A DNA stretch of 32,538 nt, taken from the IMG/VR virus record IMGVR_UViG_3300006879_000012, positions 1-32,538 of that record; one strand, given 5' to 3'. Numbering within the stretch: position 1 is the stretch's first letter; each line of letters starts with the position of its first letter. The position numbers and the translations under genes were made by a program. This document shows positions 1-8,175 of the stretch, piece after piece. The stretch comes from a virus (Duplodnaviria > Caudoviricetes). A model generated the notes under the pieces. It did not search any database. It saw nothing but the letters and a program-made list of their open reading frames with translations, and was not told where the DNA came from.

Positions 1-23
1 CATCGGCTTTCGCCCGGCTTTTG
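1..23 (+). repeat. Variable repeat 3' end / IMH
   Basis: CATCGGCTTTCGCCCGGCTtTTG versus TR CATCGGCTTTCGCCCGGCTcTTG (521-543); the two copies diverge afterwards. Confidence 0.9.
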
Positions 24-31
24 TTTCCTGA
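1..31 (+). CDS. 3' end of DGR target gene (CLec-fold C-terminus ...IGFRPAFVS*), probably a tail fibre/receptor-binding protein; partial
   Basis: The frame from nt 2 reads IGFRPAFVS-TGA(29-31) and matches the TR translation IGFRPAL. A GFR C-terminus is typical of CLec DGR targets. Its tail-fibre position is inferred from P2 gene order. Confidence 0.85.
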   Translation, partial: IGFRPAFVS

Positions 32-54
32 GTCCTGGTTTCTGTCACCTGCTG

Positions 55-72
55 GGCGCGCGTTAGCGCGCC
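55..72 (+). other. DGR target-recognition hairpin/cruciform downstream of VR
   Basis: GGCGCGC-GTTA-GCGCGCC: a perfect 7-bp GC stem with a 4-nt GNNA loop, 23 nt after the target stop, where DGRs carry such hairpins. Confidence 0.85.
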
Positions 73-81
73 GTAATCAAA

Positions 82-411
82 ATGCAAGATTTACGCGTCG
101 CACAGAAAGTGGAGCAAATGATCGAATACGGCTATGCCGCCGTGCGGCACTTCCCGAAAGCGGAGCGCCACGTCATGAGCCAAGAACTGCGGCTGTCCAT
201 GCTGCAAGTGCTGCGCCTGGTCATTGTCTGCGGCAAGCGCTACCACAAAAAGACCACGCTGCGCGATCTGGACGCCGAACTGGAATTGCTGCGGCGCCAG
301 ATTCGCCTGGCACAGACGCTGAAAATCCTGCCCTTCAAGAAATACGAAACCTGGGCGCGCCAGCTGGATGAAATCGGGAGAATGATCGGGTCATGGCTCA
401 AGAAGGCATAG
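82..411 (+). CDS. avd: DGR accessory variability determinant Avd (four-helix bundle)
   Basis: 109 aa, basic; FPKAERHVMSQELR, KKTTLRDLDAELELLR and EIGRMIGSW match Avd motifs; lies between VR and TR. Confidence 0.93.
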   Translation: MQDLRVAQKVEQMIEYGYAAVRHFPKAERHVMSQELRLSMLQVLRLVIVCGKRYHKKTTLRDLDAELELLRRQIRLAQTLKILPFKKYETWARQLDEIGRMIGSWLKKA

Positions 412-422
412 GGTTGGATGCA

Positions 423-543
423 ATGCGCTTCCCGCGTCGCGGTGGCAACCGCAGGAACGGCTCGAATGCCGGCCTTGCCGCGCTGAATCTGAACAATGCG
501 CGCAGCAATCGCAACGTCAACATCGGCTTTCGCCCGGCTCTTG
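423..543 (+). repeat. DGR template repeat (TR) with IMH*; 5' boundary approximate
   Basis: In the VR frame it reads RFPRRGGNRRNGSNAGLAALNLNNARSNRNVNIGFRPA, with 9 AAC/AAT codons. Its 3' end matches nt 1-23. Confidence 0.92.
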
Positions 544-694
544 GGGAAAGGTCAGAAGGCGCGTGTGCCACGGCCGCGCGTCCAGCACAACCCCTCAAAA
601 GGGCATCCAATCCACGGCCAAGCGCCGGAAAACGAACCCATGCCGCGAGGCCAGTAGCCGCGCAGCGGCGGCCGTCTTGCGGCACTTTGCAGCC

Positions 695-1732
695 ATGAAG
701 ACTTACAACCATCTGTTCCCGACCATTTACGCGTTCGACGCCCTGTACGCCGCCTACAAGCGCGCCCGCCGTGGCAAGCGCCATCTGCCGGAGATCCTGC
801 GCTTCGAGAGCAATCTGGAAAGCGAGCTAATCCAGCTGCAAAACGAATTGATCTGGGGCGAGTACCAGACCGGACCGTATCGATTGTTCTACGTCCACAA
901 GCCCAAAAAGCGCCTGGTCGCCGCGCTGCCGTTTCGCGACCGTGTCGTGCAGCACGCGCTGCATGCGGCGCTGGAGCCGATTTGGGAGCCGCGCTTCATC
1001 CACCACAGCTATGCCTGCCGGCCTGGCAAGGGCATGCATGCCGGCGCCGACACGGCGCAAAAGTGGCTGCGCGACATCGAGCGCCATTATGGCAAGGCGC
1101 ACGTGCTCAAGGCCGACGTACGCAAGTATTTCGCCAGCATCAATCGACGCATTCTTTTCCGCCTGCTCGCGCGCCGCATTCGCTGCCCGGGCACGCTCGC
1201 CCTGTGCCGCGACATCCTCGCCTCCTGGCGCCACGGTTTGCCGATCGGCAACCTGATCAGCCAGCTCTGGGCCAATGTCTATCTGCACGAGCTGGACAAA
1301 TTCGCCAAGCAAACCCTGCGCGCCCGGCGCTATATCCGCTATATGGACGACTTTGTCATCGTGCATCCGGACAAGGCGCAGCTGCATCATTGGCGCCGCC
1401 AGATCACCGCCTGGCTGCGCGCCAGCCTCAAGCTCGAGCTCAATCGCAAGACGCAAGTTTTCCCGGTCGCCCGCCGCCATGGGCGGGCGCTGGATTTCCT
1501 CGGCTATCGCATGTGGGCGCATCGCCGACGGCTGCGCCCGGACGCCATCAAGCGCATGCACCGCCGCATGCGCCAAATGCAGGGCCAGTACGCCAGCGGC
1601 GAGATTAACTTTGCCGACATCCGCCAGCGCATCGCCAGCTGGGACGGCCACGCCCGCCGCGCCCACAGCTACGGCCTGCGCCAGCAGCTATTCACCCGCT
1701 ACGCCTTCACCAGGAGCACCCACAATGGCTGA
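695..1732 (+). CDS. DGR reverse transcriptase (345 aa)
   Basis: Starts MKTYNHLF; has PFRDRVVQHA, KADVRKYFASI, GLPIGNLISQ (DGR-specific SQ), YIRYMDDFV and DFLGY; no maturase-endonuclease tail. Confidence 0.96.
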   Translation: MKTYNHLFPTIYAFDALYAAYKRARRGKRHLPEILRFESNLESELIQLQNELIWGEYQTGPYRLFYVHKPKKRLVAALPFRDRVVQHALHAALEPIWEPRFIHHSYACRPGKGMHAGADTAQKWLRDIERHYGKAHVLKADVRKYFASINRRILFRLLARRIRCPGTLALCRDILASWRHGLPIGNLISQLWANVYLHELDKFAKQTLRARRYIRYMDDFVIVHPDKAQLHHWRRQITAWLRASLKLELNRKTQVFPVARRHGRALDFLGYRMWAHRRRLRPDAIKRMHRRMRQMQGQYASGEINFADIRQRIASWDGHARRAHSYGLRQQLFTRYAFTRSTHNG

Positions 1733-2123
1733 ACAACACCACGACGAAGACGCAACCCCGCTCGCCGATACCCGCCGCGCCCAGATTGCCGCGCGGCGCT
1801 ACCGGCAAGAGTGTCGCGGCATCATCATCGCCGGCCTGCGCTACGCCACCGACCGCGCCTCGCAGGGGCGTATTACCAGTGCCGTGCTGGCCGCGCGCCA
1901 GGCGCAGGAGCTCGAGCAGCCCTTCAGCGTGCGCTGGAAAACAGCCGACGGCTGGGCCGAGCTGGATGCCGCCGGCGTCATCGCCTTTGGCAATGCCGCG
2001 CTTGCCTACGTACAGGCCTGCTTCGACCGCGAGCAAGCTCTGCTCGGCGCGCTCGAGGCCGGCACCTACACCGACGCCATGCTCGGCACCGGCTGGCCCG
2101 ACAGCGAGGTGCAGGCGCCATGA
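1725..2123 (+). CDS. DUF4376-like tail fibre assembly/accessory protein (132 aa)
   Basis: RBS CAGGAG at 1711. IAARRY..E..GI, TDRASQ, WKTADGW..LDA and VQACF.RE..L resemble the DUF4376 family found beside fibre genes. Confidence 0.75.
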   Translation: MAEQHHDEDATPLADTRRAQIAARRYRQECRGIIIAGLRYATDRASQGRITSAVLAARQAQELEQPFSVRWKTADGWAELDAAGVIAFGNAALAYVQACFDREQALLGALEAGTYTDAMLGTGWPDSEVQAP

Positions 2124-3460
2124 AAGTCACCGTCACCAATGCCGGCTTCGCCGCCCTGCCCTCCACCGCGGGCGGCGTCAGCGAGCTGCGCCTGGCCGAA
2201 GTCGCCCTCGGCCACGGCCAGGCCGCCAACGACCCCGCCACGACCGCGCTCGAGCACGAAGACACGCGCCTGCCCACCATTGCCGGGCAGGCGGTATCCG
2301 CGCGCGTCATTCATCTGGTGATCCGCGACCAATCTACTGCGGCCTACACCGTGCGCGAGTTTGGCCTGTACACCGCCGCCGGTGAACTGTTCGCGGTCTA
2401 TTCGCAGGCTGAACCGATCATCGAGAAATCGGCCGGCTCGACGCTGCTGCTGGCGCTCGACATCGACTTCGACAACATCGACGTCAGCGAGCTCACATTC
2501 GCCAGCATCGACTTCATCAACCCGCCCTGGTCGACCACGGTCAAAGGCGTGCTCAAAAGAGCCACCACCGCCCTCGCCGAAGGCCTGCGCGACAACACCA
2601 CCGGCATGACCCCGCGACGCACCGCCGATGCCATCGCCGCCTGGCTTGGCGCCCGCAAACCCGGCGCCGACGGCGGGCTCGACGCCGACCTGCTCGACGG
2701 CGAGCACGGCAGCTTTTATCGCGACGCCGGCCACCTGAACAAAGGCACTCTGCCGCGCGCGCGCCTGCCGCACGCCAGTGGCGCCGCCTACGGCGCCGTG
2801 CGCTTTGCCAGCACGGAGCAAGCCAAGGACGGGCGCAACAACAGCCGCGGCATGACTCCGAAACTGGTCGCCGACCTGGTCACGCGCATGCTCAACGAAC
2901 AGCGCAACAAAGACTGGCCCGTCGGCAGCATCTACTGCAACGCCGCCGACAGCACCAACCCCGGCCAATTCCTGCCCGGCACCTGGACGAAAATCAGCGA
3001 AGGCTTTCTCTACCCGCACGGCGCCGCCAGCGCCGGCAGCGTCGGCAGCACCGGCGGCGAGAAAGAAGTCAAGCTAACGGCTGGCCAAATGCCCAAGCAC
3101 ACGCACGGCGCCAGCACAAAAAATGCTGGCGGGCACTCTCACACGCGCGGCAGCATGAATATCACGGGGGCGTTCAGAACGCGCCTGTTCGAGAACGGGA
3201 ACAGAGCGGTATACAGCGCCGGGGGCGCATTTAGAGACGAAGGGAACAGTGGTGACAGCGCATTTAATACACTGGCTGCTGCTGGCGGCCAAGTAAAGAG
3301 AAGTCACACCACCTTTGACGCCCAAAGGTCGTGGTCAGGCAGGACAAGCAACAACGGGAGCCATAACCACAGCGTCACGGTAAACAGCGCTGGCGGCAGC
3401 CAGGCCCACAACAACATGCCGCCTTATGTCACGGTCTACATGTGGCGGCGCACGGCCTGA
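2120..3460 (+). CDS. Second tail fibre protein (446 aa): gpH-like N-terminal anchor, fibre repeats, T4 gp10/gp12-like C-terminal domain
   Basis: ATGA overlap start. Motifs: YTVREFGLYTAAGELFAVYS (P2 gpH N-term type), GLDADLLDG, WPVGSIY...PGTW, GGEKEVKLT..QMPKHTH, HNNMPPYVTVYMWRRTA. Confidence 0.88.
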   Translation: MKVTVTNAGFAALPSTAGGVSELRLAEVALGHGQAANDPATTALEHEDTRLPTIAGQAVSARVIHLVIRDQSTAAYTVREFGLYTAAGELFAVYSQAEPIIEKSAGSTLLLALDIDFDNIDVSELTFASIDFINPPWSTTVKGVLKRATTALAEGLRDNTTGMTPRRTADAIAAWLGARKPGADGGLDADLLDGEHGSFYRDAGHLNKGTLPRARLPHASGAAYGAVRFASTEQAKDGRNNSRGMTPKLVADLVTRMLNEQRNKDWPVGSIYCNAADSTNPGQFLPGTWTKISEGFLYPHGAASAGSVGSTGGEKEVKLTAGQMPKHTHGASTKNAGGHSHTRGSMNITGAFRTRLFENGNRAVYSAGGAFRDEGNSGDSAFNTLAAAGGQVKRSHTTFDAQRSWSGRTSNNGSHNHSVTVNSAGGSQAHNNMPPYVTVYMWRRTA

Positions 3461-3484
3461 CGGGCGCGGCGCTGGCGCCCAACT

Positions 3485-3545
3485 CTGTAACACCCTGCGC
3501 AAACAGCACTAAAAACTAGGCAAACGCGCGCCCGGGCGCGACCAT
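3485..3545 (+). promoter_or_regulatory. Late promoter PF (Ogr-type dyad plus -10-like box)
   Basis: CTGTAACACCCTGCGCAAACAG, then CGACCAT starting 33 nt after the dyad end; same geometry as at 24712 and 31153. Confidence 0.75.
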
Positions 3546-3574
3546 CGGGGCAGAGCCAACCCAGGTATCGCCCT

Positions 3575-4747
3575 ATGCCCCAGGACTTCCACCACGGCGT
3601 GCGCGTGATCGAACTCAACGACGCGCCGCGCCCGATCCGCACGATCGCCACCGCCATCATCGGCCTCGTCGGCACCGCGCCCGAAGCCGCCGCCGCCGAC
3701 TTCCCGCTCGATGAGCCCGTGCTCGTCACCGACATCTACGATGCCATCGGCAAGATCGGCGCCGCCGGCACGCTCAAGGCCGCGCTCACCGCCATCTCCG
3801 ACCAGGCCAACCCGGTCATCGTCGTCGTGCGCGTCGAAGAGGGCGCCGACACCGGCGAGACCACCGCCAACATCATCGGCACGGTCGACGACCAGGGCCG
3901 GAAAACCGGCCTGCAGGCGCTGCTGTCGGCCGAGAACAAGACCGGCGTGCGCCCGCGCATCATCGGCGCGCCCGGCTTCGACGCCGAAGACATCACCGCC
4001 GCCGTCGGCAGCATTGCCGAAAAGCTGCGCGCGTTCGGCTACGCCAAGGCCGTCGGCGACACGGTCAGCGAGGCCATTGCCTACCGCGACAGCTTCGGCC
4101 AGCGCGAGCTGATGCTCATCTACGGCGACTTCACCGCCTTCGACGTCGACGAGGAAGCCACGCGCGAAGCCAAGACCGTGGCCCGCGCCATGGGCCTGCG
4201 CGCCTACATCGACGAAACCGTCGGCTGGCACAAATCCCTGTCCAACGTGCCGGTCGAAGGCGTCACCGGCATCGAGCCCGACATCAGCTTTTCCCTGCAG
4301 CAGACCGGCACCGATGCCGACCTGCTCAACGGCGCCGACGTCACCACGCTCATTCGCCACTCCGGCTTTCGCTTCTGGGGCAACCGCACCTGCAGCGAAG
4401 ATGCCAACTTCGCCTTCGAGACCTACGTGCGCACCGCCCAGGTGCTCGCCGACAGCATTGCCGAGGCGCAGTTCGCGGTGGTCGACTCGCCGCTTTTGCC
4501 GGGCCAGATCCGCAGCATCATCGACAGCGTCAACCGCAAGGGCCGGAGCCTGGTGCGCCGCGGCTACCTGCTCGGCTTCGAAGCCTGGTACAACCCCGCA
4601 GCCAACAGCGTCAATGACCTCAAGAGCGGCAAGGTCTACATCGACTACGACTACACCCCGGTGCCGCCGCTGGAGAACCTCAACTTCAACCAGCGCATCA
4701 CCGACCGCTACCTGCTCGACTTCGCCGAGCGCGTCGCCGCCGCCTGA
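3575..4747 (+). CDS. FI: Tail sheath protein
   Basis: FHHGVRVIE, GVRPRIIGAPG, GWHKSLSNV, GFRFWGNRTCS and DYDYTPVPPLENL are P2 FI motifs. Confidence 0.97.
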   Translation: MPQDFHHGVRVIELNDAPRPIRTIATAIIGLVGTAPEAAAADFPLDEPVLVTDIYDAIGKIGAAGTLKAALTAISDQANPVIVVVRVEEGADTGETTANIIGTVDDQGRKTGLQALLSAENKTGVRPRIIGAPGFDAEDITAAVGSIAEKLRAFGYAKAVGDTVSEAIAYRDSFGQRELMLIYGDFTAFDVDEEATREAKTVARAMGLRAYIDETVGWHKSLSNVPVEGVTGIEPDISFSLQQTGTDADLLNGADVTTLIRHSGFRFWGNRTCSEDANFAFETYVRTAQVLADSIAEAQFAVVDSPLLPGQIRSIIDSVNRKGRSLVRRGYLLGFEAWYNPAANSVNDLKSGKVYIDYDYTPVPPLENLNFNQRITDRYLLDFAERVAAA

Positions 4748-4772
4748 TTCGTCGCCCACCGGAGCCTGATCC

Positions 4773-5288
4773 ATGGCACTACCGCATAAACTCAAAGCCT
4801 TCCAGCTGTTCGTCGACGGCGGCGGCTGGATCAACGAAGTTCCCAGCCTCACCCTGCCGGAGCTCTCGCGCAACCTCACCGCCTACCAGGGCGGCGGCAT
4901 GGCCGGCCCGGTGCAGGTCGACCTCGGCCAGGAGGAAATCGAATTCTCCTGGACCACGCCGACCATGCGCAAGGAAGCCTTCGCCACCTACGCCAGCCCC
5001 GAGCACGATGCCGCCCAGCTGCGCTTCGAAGGCAGCTACGAATCCGACGAAGACGGCAGCACCCTGCCTGTGCGCGTCACCGCCCACGGCCGCTATGCCA
5101 GCATCGGCAGCACCGAGGCCAGCGCCGGCGAAGACAACGAAGGCAGCGAATGGACCATGACCGCCAGCTACTACAAGCTCGAGATCGATGGCAGCGCCGT
5201 CATCGAGATCGACATGGTCGCCGGCACCGTCATCGTCAACGGCGAAGACCGCACCGCCCAGCGCCGCCAGAACATCGGCATGATTTAA
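4773..5288 (+). CDS. FII: Major tail tube protein
   Basis: MALPHKLK, Y.GGGMAGPV.VDLG and YYKLEIDG...EID; follows the sheath gene. Confidence 0.96.
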   Translation: MALPHKLKAFQLFVDGGGWINEVPSLTLPELSRNLTAYQGGGMAGPVQVDLGQEEIEFSWTTPTMRKEAFATYASPEHDAAQLRFEGSYESDEDGSTLPVRVTAHGRYASIGSTEASAGEDNEGSEWTMTASYYKLEIDGSAVIEIDMVAGTVIVNGEDRTAQRRQNIGMI

Positions 5289-5366
5289 CCCGGCAACCGG
5301 CATGCCCGAAGCCGCCCCAGCACGCGCCAGCCGCCTGGCGCACCCCACCCAGAGGAGCAAGCACCC

Positions 5367-5699
5367 ATGAGCGAGTCCGACGCCAGCACCGATCACACCC
5401 CCGCCGCGGCCGATGAATACCGGCAAGTCGAGCTGGAGCGCCCCATCCGCCGCGGCAAGCAAAGCGTGGCCCTGGTCGCCCTGCGCCGGCCCCGCGCCGG
5501 CGAGCTGCGCGGCGTGGCCCTCACCGACGTCATGCAAATGGACGTCGCCGCGCTCGCGCGCGTCATCCCGCGCGTGTCCGACCCGGTGCTCAGCGCCGCC
5601 GAAATCAACGCCCTCGACCCCGCCGACCTGGTGCAGATTGCCAATGAGGTCATCGGTTTTTTGTTGCCGAAGCAGGCACGGCTCGACAGCACGGGCTAA
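5367..5699 (+). CDS. E: Tail assembly chaperone gpE
   Basis: LERPIRRG, LRRPRAGELRGV, LDPADL; RBS GAGGAG; lies between tube and tape measure. Confidence 0.93.
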   Translation: MSESDASTDHTPAAADEYRQVELERPIRRGKQSVALVALRRPRAGELRGVALTDVMQMDVAALARVIPRVSDPVLSAAEINALDPADLVQIANEVIGFLLPKQARLDSTG

Positions 5700-5851
5700 G
5701 CCTGCCCGCGCGCGTCACCGACGCCATGGCCGACCTCGCCCTCGTGTTCCACTGGGCCCCGCGCGACATGGCCCCCATGACGCTCGCCGAACTCGCCGAA
5801 TGGCGCGAAGCCGCGCGCCAGCGCCTGCCCGACCCCGGCCCGCGGGCATGA
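5655..5851 (+). CDS. E': gpE' extension via -1 programmed frameshift at GGT TTT TTG (gpE+E' = 5367-5851)
   Basis: P2-type T6G slippery site at 5657-5663. The -1 frame is open to TGA 5849-5851 and encodes MADLALVFHWAPRDMAPMTLAELAEWR, a GpE'-family motif. Not in the supplied ORF track. Confidence 0.9.
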
Positions 5852-5883
5852 CCCTCGCCCCAAGCGCAGCGCCGGAGCCCTGA

Positions 5884-8094
5884 ATGGCCAAGAAAGAACT
5901 CAACCTCAACGTCTTGCTCGAAGCGGTCGACAAGGTCACCGGCCCGCTCAAGCGCATCCAGGGCATATCCAAGCGCACCGCCGAGGCGCTCAAAAGCGAC
6001 CGCCGCGAGCTCAAGAACCTCAACCGCGCGCAGAAGGAATTCGGCCAGTTCAAGGCCCTGCGCCGCGGCGCCGAGCAGACCCAGCAGGCCCTGGCCGCCC
6101 AGGAACAGGAAGTCGCCCGGCTCACGCGCGCCATCAAGGGCGCCGGCGGCTCCACCAAACGCCTCAACCAACAGCGCAACGCCGCCATTCAGCGCGCGCG
6201 CAAGCTCAAGCGCGAATACGGCGAACAGCAAAGCAAGCTGCAAAACCTGCGCAACAGCATCAGCCAGGTCGCCGGCGCCACCGGCAGCTGGAGCGAACGC
6301 GAGCGCCGCCTACAGCAGCGCATCGAGCAAACCAACAAGCGCATCCAGCGCCGCCAGAACGCGCTGCAGCGCCTCGGCCAGGCCGACCTCGGCGGGCGCT
6401 TCGCGCGCATGACCGGCGAAGTGCGCCGCTTCGGGCGCCGCGCCACGTTTGCGCTCGGCGCCGCCGGCGCCGGCATCTTCGGCCTGGCCAAGAGCGCCGC
6501 GGATCTCGGCGACAGCGTCAGCCTGCTCGCCGAGCAGCTCGGCATGGATGTCGAAAAGCTGCAGGAATACCGCTACGCCGCCGGGCTCGCCGGCATCTCC
6601 ACGCAGAAGTTCGACTCCAACATCGAGCGCTTCGTCAAGCGCCTGGGCGAAGCCGCCAACGAAACCGGCGCCGCCGCCCCCGCCTTCGAAGCGCTCGGCC
6701 TGGACGCCGCCGCCCTCGCCGACATGCTCCCCGGCGAAGCGCTCGAACACGTCGCCGACGCCCTCGCCAACGTCGACAACAAGACCCGGCGCGTGGCCCT
6801 CGCCGCCAAGTTCTTCGGCCGGCGCGGCGTCGCCATGCTCAACATGATCGAAAACGGCAGCGAAAGCCTGCGCACCATGGGCGCGGAAGCGCAGCGCACC
6901 GGCTACGTGCTCGACCACGACGCCGCGCGCGCCGCCGCCGCCTTCAGCGCCAAAATGCACGAGACGCAAATGACGCTCGCCGGCGTCAAGAACACCATTG
7001 GCGTGGCGCTGCTGCCGGCCGTCACCGAGCTCATGGGCAAACTCTCGCACTGGCTGCAAACCAACCACGAGCAAGTGGTCGCATTCGCGCGCACTTTCGG
7101 CGACAACCTCAAGCGCGCCGTGCCCATCATCCGCGACCTGGCCAGCGGCATGTACCGCGCCGCGCGCACCATGGCCGGCTGGATCGGCACCGTCGCCGAG
7201 CTGGTCGGCGGCTTCAAGAACCTCGGCCTGCTCGTCGCCGCCCTGTTCGCCGCCAAGATGATCGCCGCCATCGTCAGTTTCGGCAGCGGCCTGGTCACCG
7301 CCGCCGGCGCCGTGCTGTCGCTCGCCGGCGCCCTGCCCCTGGTCGGCACGGCGCTCAAGGGCATCGGCGCCGCCCTCGCCGCCAACCCCATCGGCATCAC
7401 CATCATGGCCATTGCCGGCGCCGCCTTTCTTATCTACAAGTATTGGGAGCCGATCAAGGCATTCTTCACCGGCCTGTGGGACAAGATCAAGCAAGCCTTC
7501 GCCGCCGCGCGCGACGCCATCAACAACGTCATCACGCACTGGCGCCCGCTGGCGCTGATCAAAAGCGTACTGCTCGGCGGCCTCGGCAAGCTCACGCACG
7601 AGCTGGTGGACAAATTCAAAAGCCTCGGCTCCAGCATCGTCGGCGGCATTGCCAGCGGTATCAAGGGCGCCGCCGGCACGGCCAAGAACGCCGTCACCAA
7701 TGTCGCCAGCGGCACCGCCGGCTGGTTCGCAGACAAGCTCGGCATCCGCAGCCCCAGCCGCGTGTTCCGCGATTTCGGCCTCCACACCATCGAAGGCTAC
7801 CGCCAAGGCCTGCAGCGCGGCCAGCGCCGCCTGCGCCACCAACTCGACACGCTCGGCGGCGCCATCGCCCCCGGCCCCGCCCTCACGTTCGACCGGCGCG
7901 CCCCCGCCACTGCCCCGGCGGCCGCCGGCGGCGCATCTGTCAGCGTCAACTTCAGCGGCGACATCAACATCAGCAGCCGCGAGGAAGCCAGCATGTTCAT
8001 GCACCAGGTGGAAAGCGCTGTCGAGCGGGCCCTGGCCAATGCCGAACGCCAACGCGCCGCCCGCGCGCGCTCGGCCCTGTTCGACCGGGAGTAA
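5884..8094 (+). CDS. T: Tail tape measure protein (736 aa)
   Basis: L.V.LEAVDKVTGP start, long Ala-rich helices, ANPIG..., KLGIRSPSRVF. Confidence 0.95.
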   Translation: MAKKELNLNVLLEAVDKVTGPLKRIQGISKRTAEALKSDRRELKNLNRAQKEFGQFKALRRGAEQTQQALAAQEQEVARLTRAIKGAGGSTKRLNQQRNAAIQRARKLKREYGEQQSKLQNLRNSISQVAGATGSWSERERRLQQRIEQTNKRIQRRQNALQRLGQADLGGRFARMTGEVRRFGRRATFALGAAGAGIFGLAKSAADLGDSVSLLAEQLGMDVEKLQEYRYAAGLAGISTQKFDSNIERFVKRLGEAANETGAAAPAFEALGLDAAALADMLPGEALEHVADALANVDNKTRRVALAAKFFGRRGVAMLNMIENGSESLRTMGAEAQRTGYVLDHDAARAAAAFSAKMHETQMTLAGVKNTIGVALLPAVTELMGKLSHWLQTNHEQVVAFARTFGDNLKRAVPIIRDLASGMYRAARTMAGWIGTVAELVGGFKNLGLLVAALFAAKMIAAIVSFGSGLVTAAGAVLSLAGALPLVGTALKGIGAALAANPIGITIMAIAGAAFLIYKYWEPIKAFFTGLWDKIKQAFAAARDAINNVITHWRPLALIKSVLLGGLGKLTHELVDKFKSLGSSIVGGIASGIKGAAGTAKNAVTNVASGTAGWFADKLGIRSPSRVFRDFGLHTIEGYRQGLQRGQRRLRHQLDTLGGAIAPGPALTFDRRAPATAPAAAGGASVSVNFSGDINISSREEASMFMHQVESAVERALANAERQRAARARSALFDRE

Positions 8095-8097
8095 GTC

Positions 8098-8175
8098 ATG
8101 ATCTACAACTTCAACACCAGCGTACCGCTGCTACTGCTCGCCCTTTTCTGCCCGTTCTTCTGGTGGCTGCCATGA
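8098..8175 (+). CDS. Putative 25-aa hydrophobic peptide MIYNFNTSVPLLLLALFCPFFWWLP
   Basis: GGGAG 6 nt upstream; fills the T-U gap; its stop overlaps the gpU start (ATGA). Confidence 0.5.
   Translation: MIYNFNTSVPLLLLALFCPFFWWLP

Larger units (their letters stand above)
1..1732 (+). mobile_element. Diversity-generating retroelement (VR 3' end - hairpin - avd - TR - RT)
   Basis: BPP-1-like order. The 19-nt identity 1-19 = 521-539, an AAY-rich TR, an Avd-like ORF and an RT with the DGR IGxxxSQ signature are all present. Confidence 0.96.

Noticed and set aside
563-694. N-terminal extension of the RT in the ORF track
   Set aside because: RT homology starts at MKTYNHLF (695); the upstream part is the structured spacer.
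393-698. 101-aa ORF across the TR
   Set aside because: It is the template repeat read in the VR frame; the TR acts as RNA and the rest of the ORF is spacer.
695-1732. RT as a group II (IIC-attC) intron or retron linked to the attC sites
   Set aside because: The IGxxxSQ signature, avd and TR/VR identify a DGR RT; no intron structure is seen and the attC sites are 9 kb away.
4362-4372. CGGCTTTCGC in the sheath gene as a second VR
   Set aside because: Only about 10 nt match, within the conserved GFRFWG sheath motif; there is no upstream TR similarity. No second VR was seen in the window by eye.
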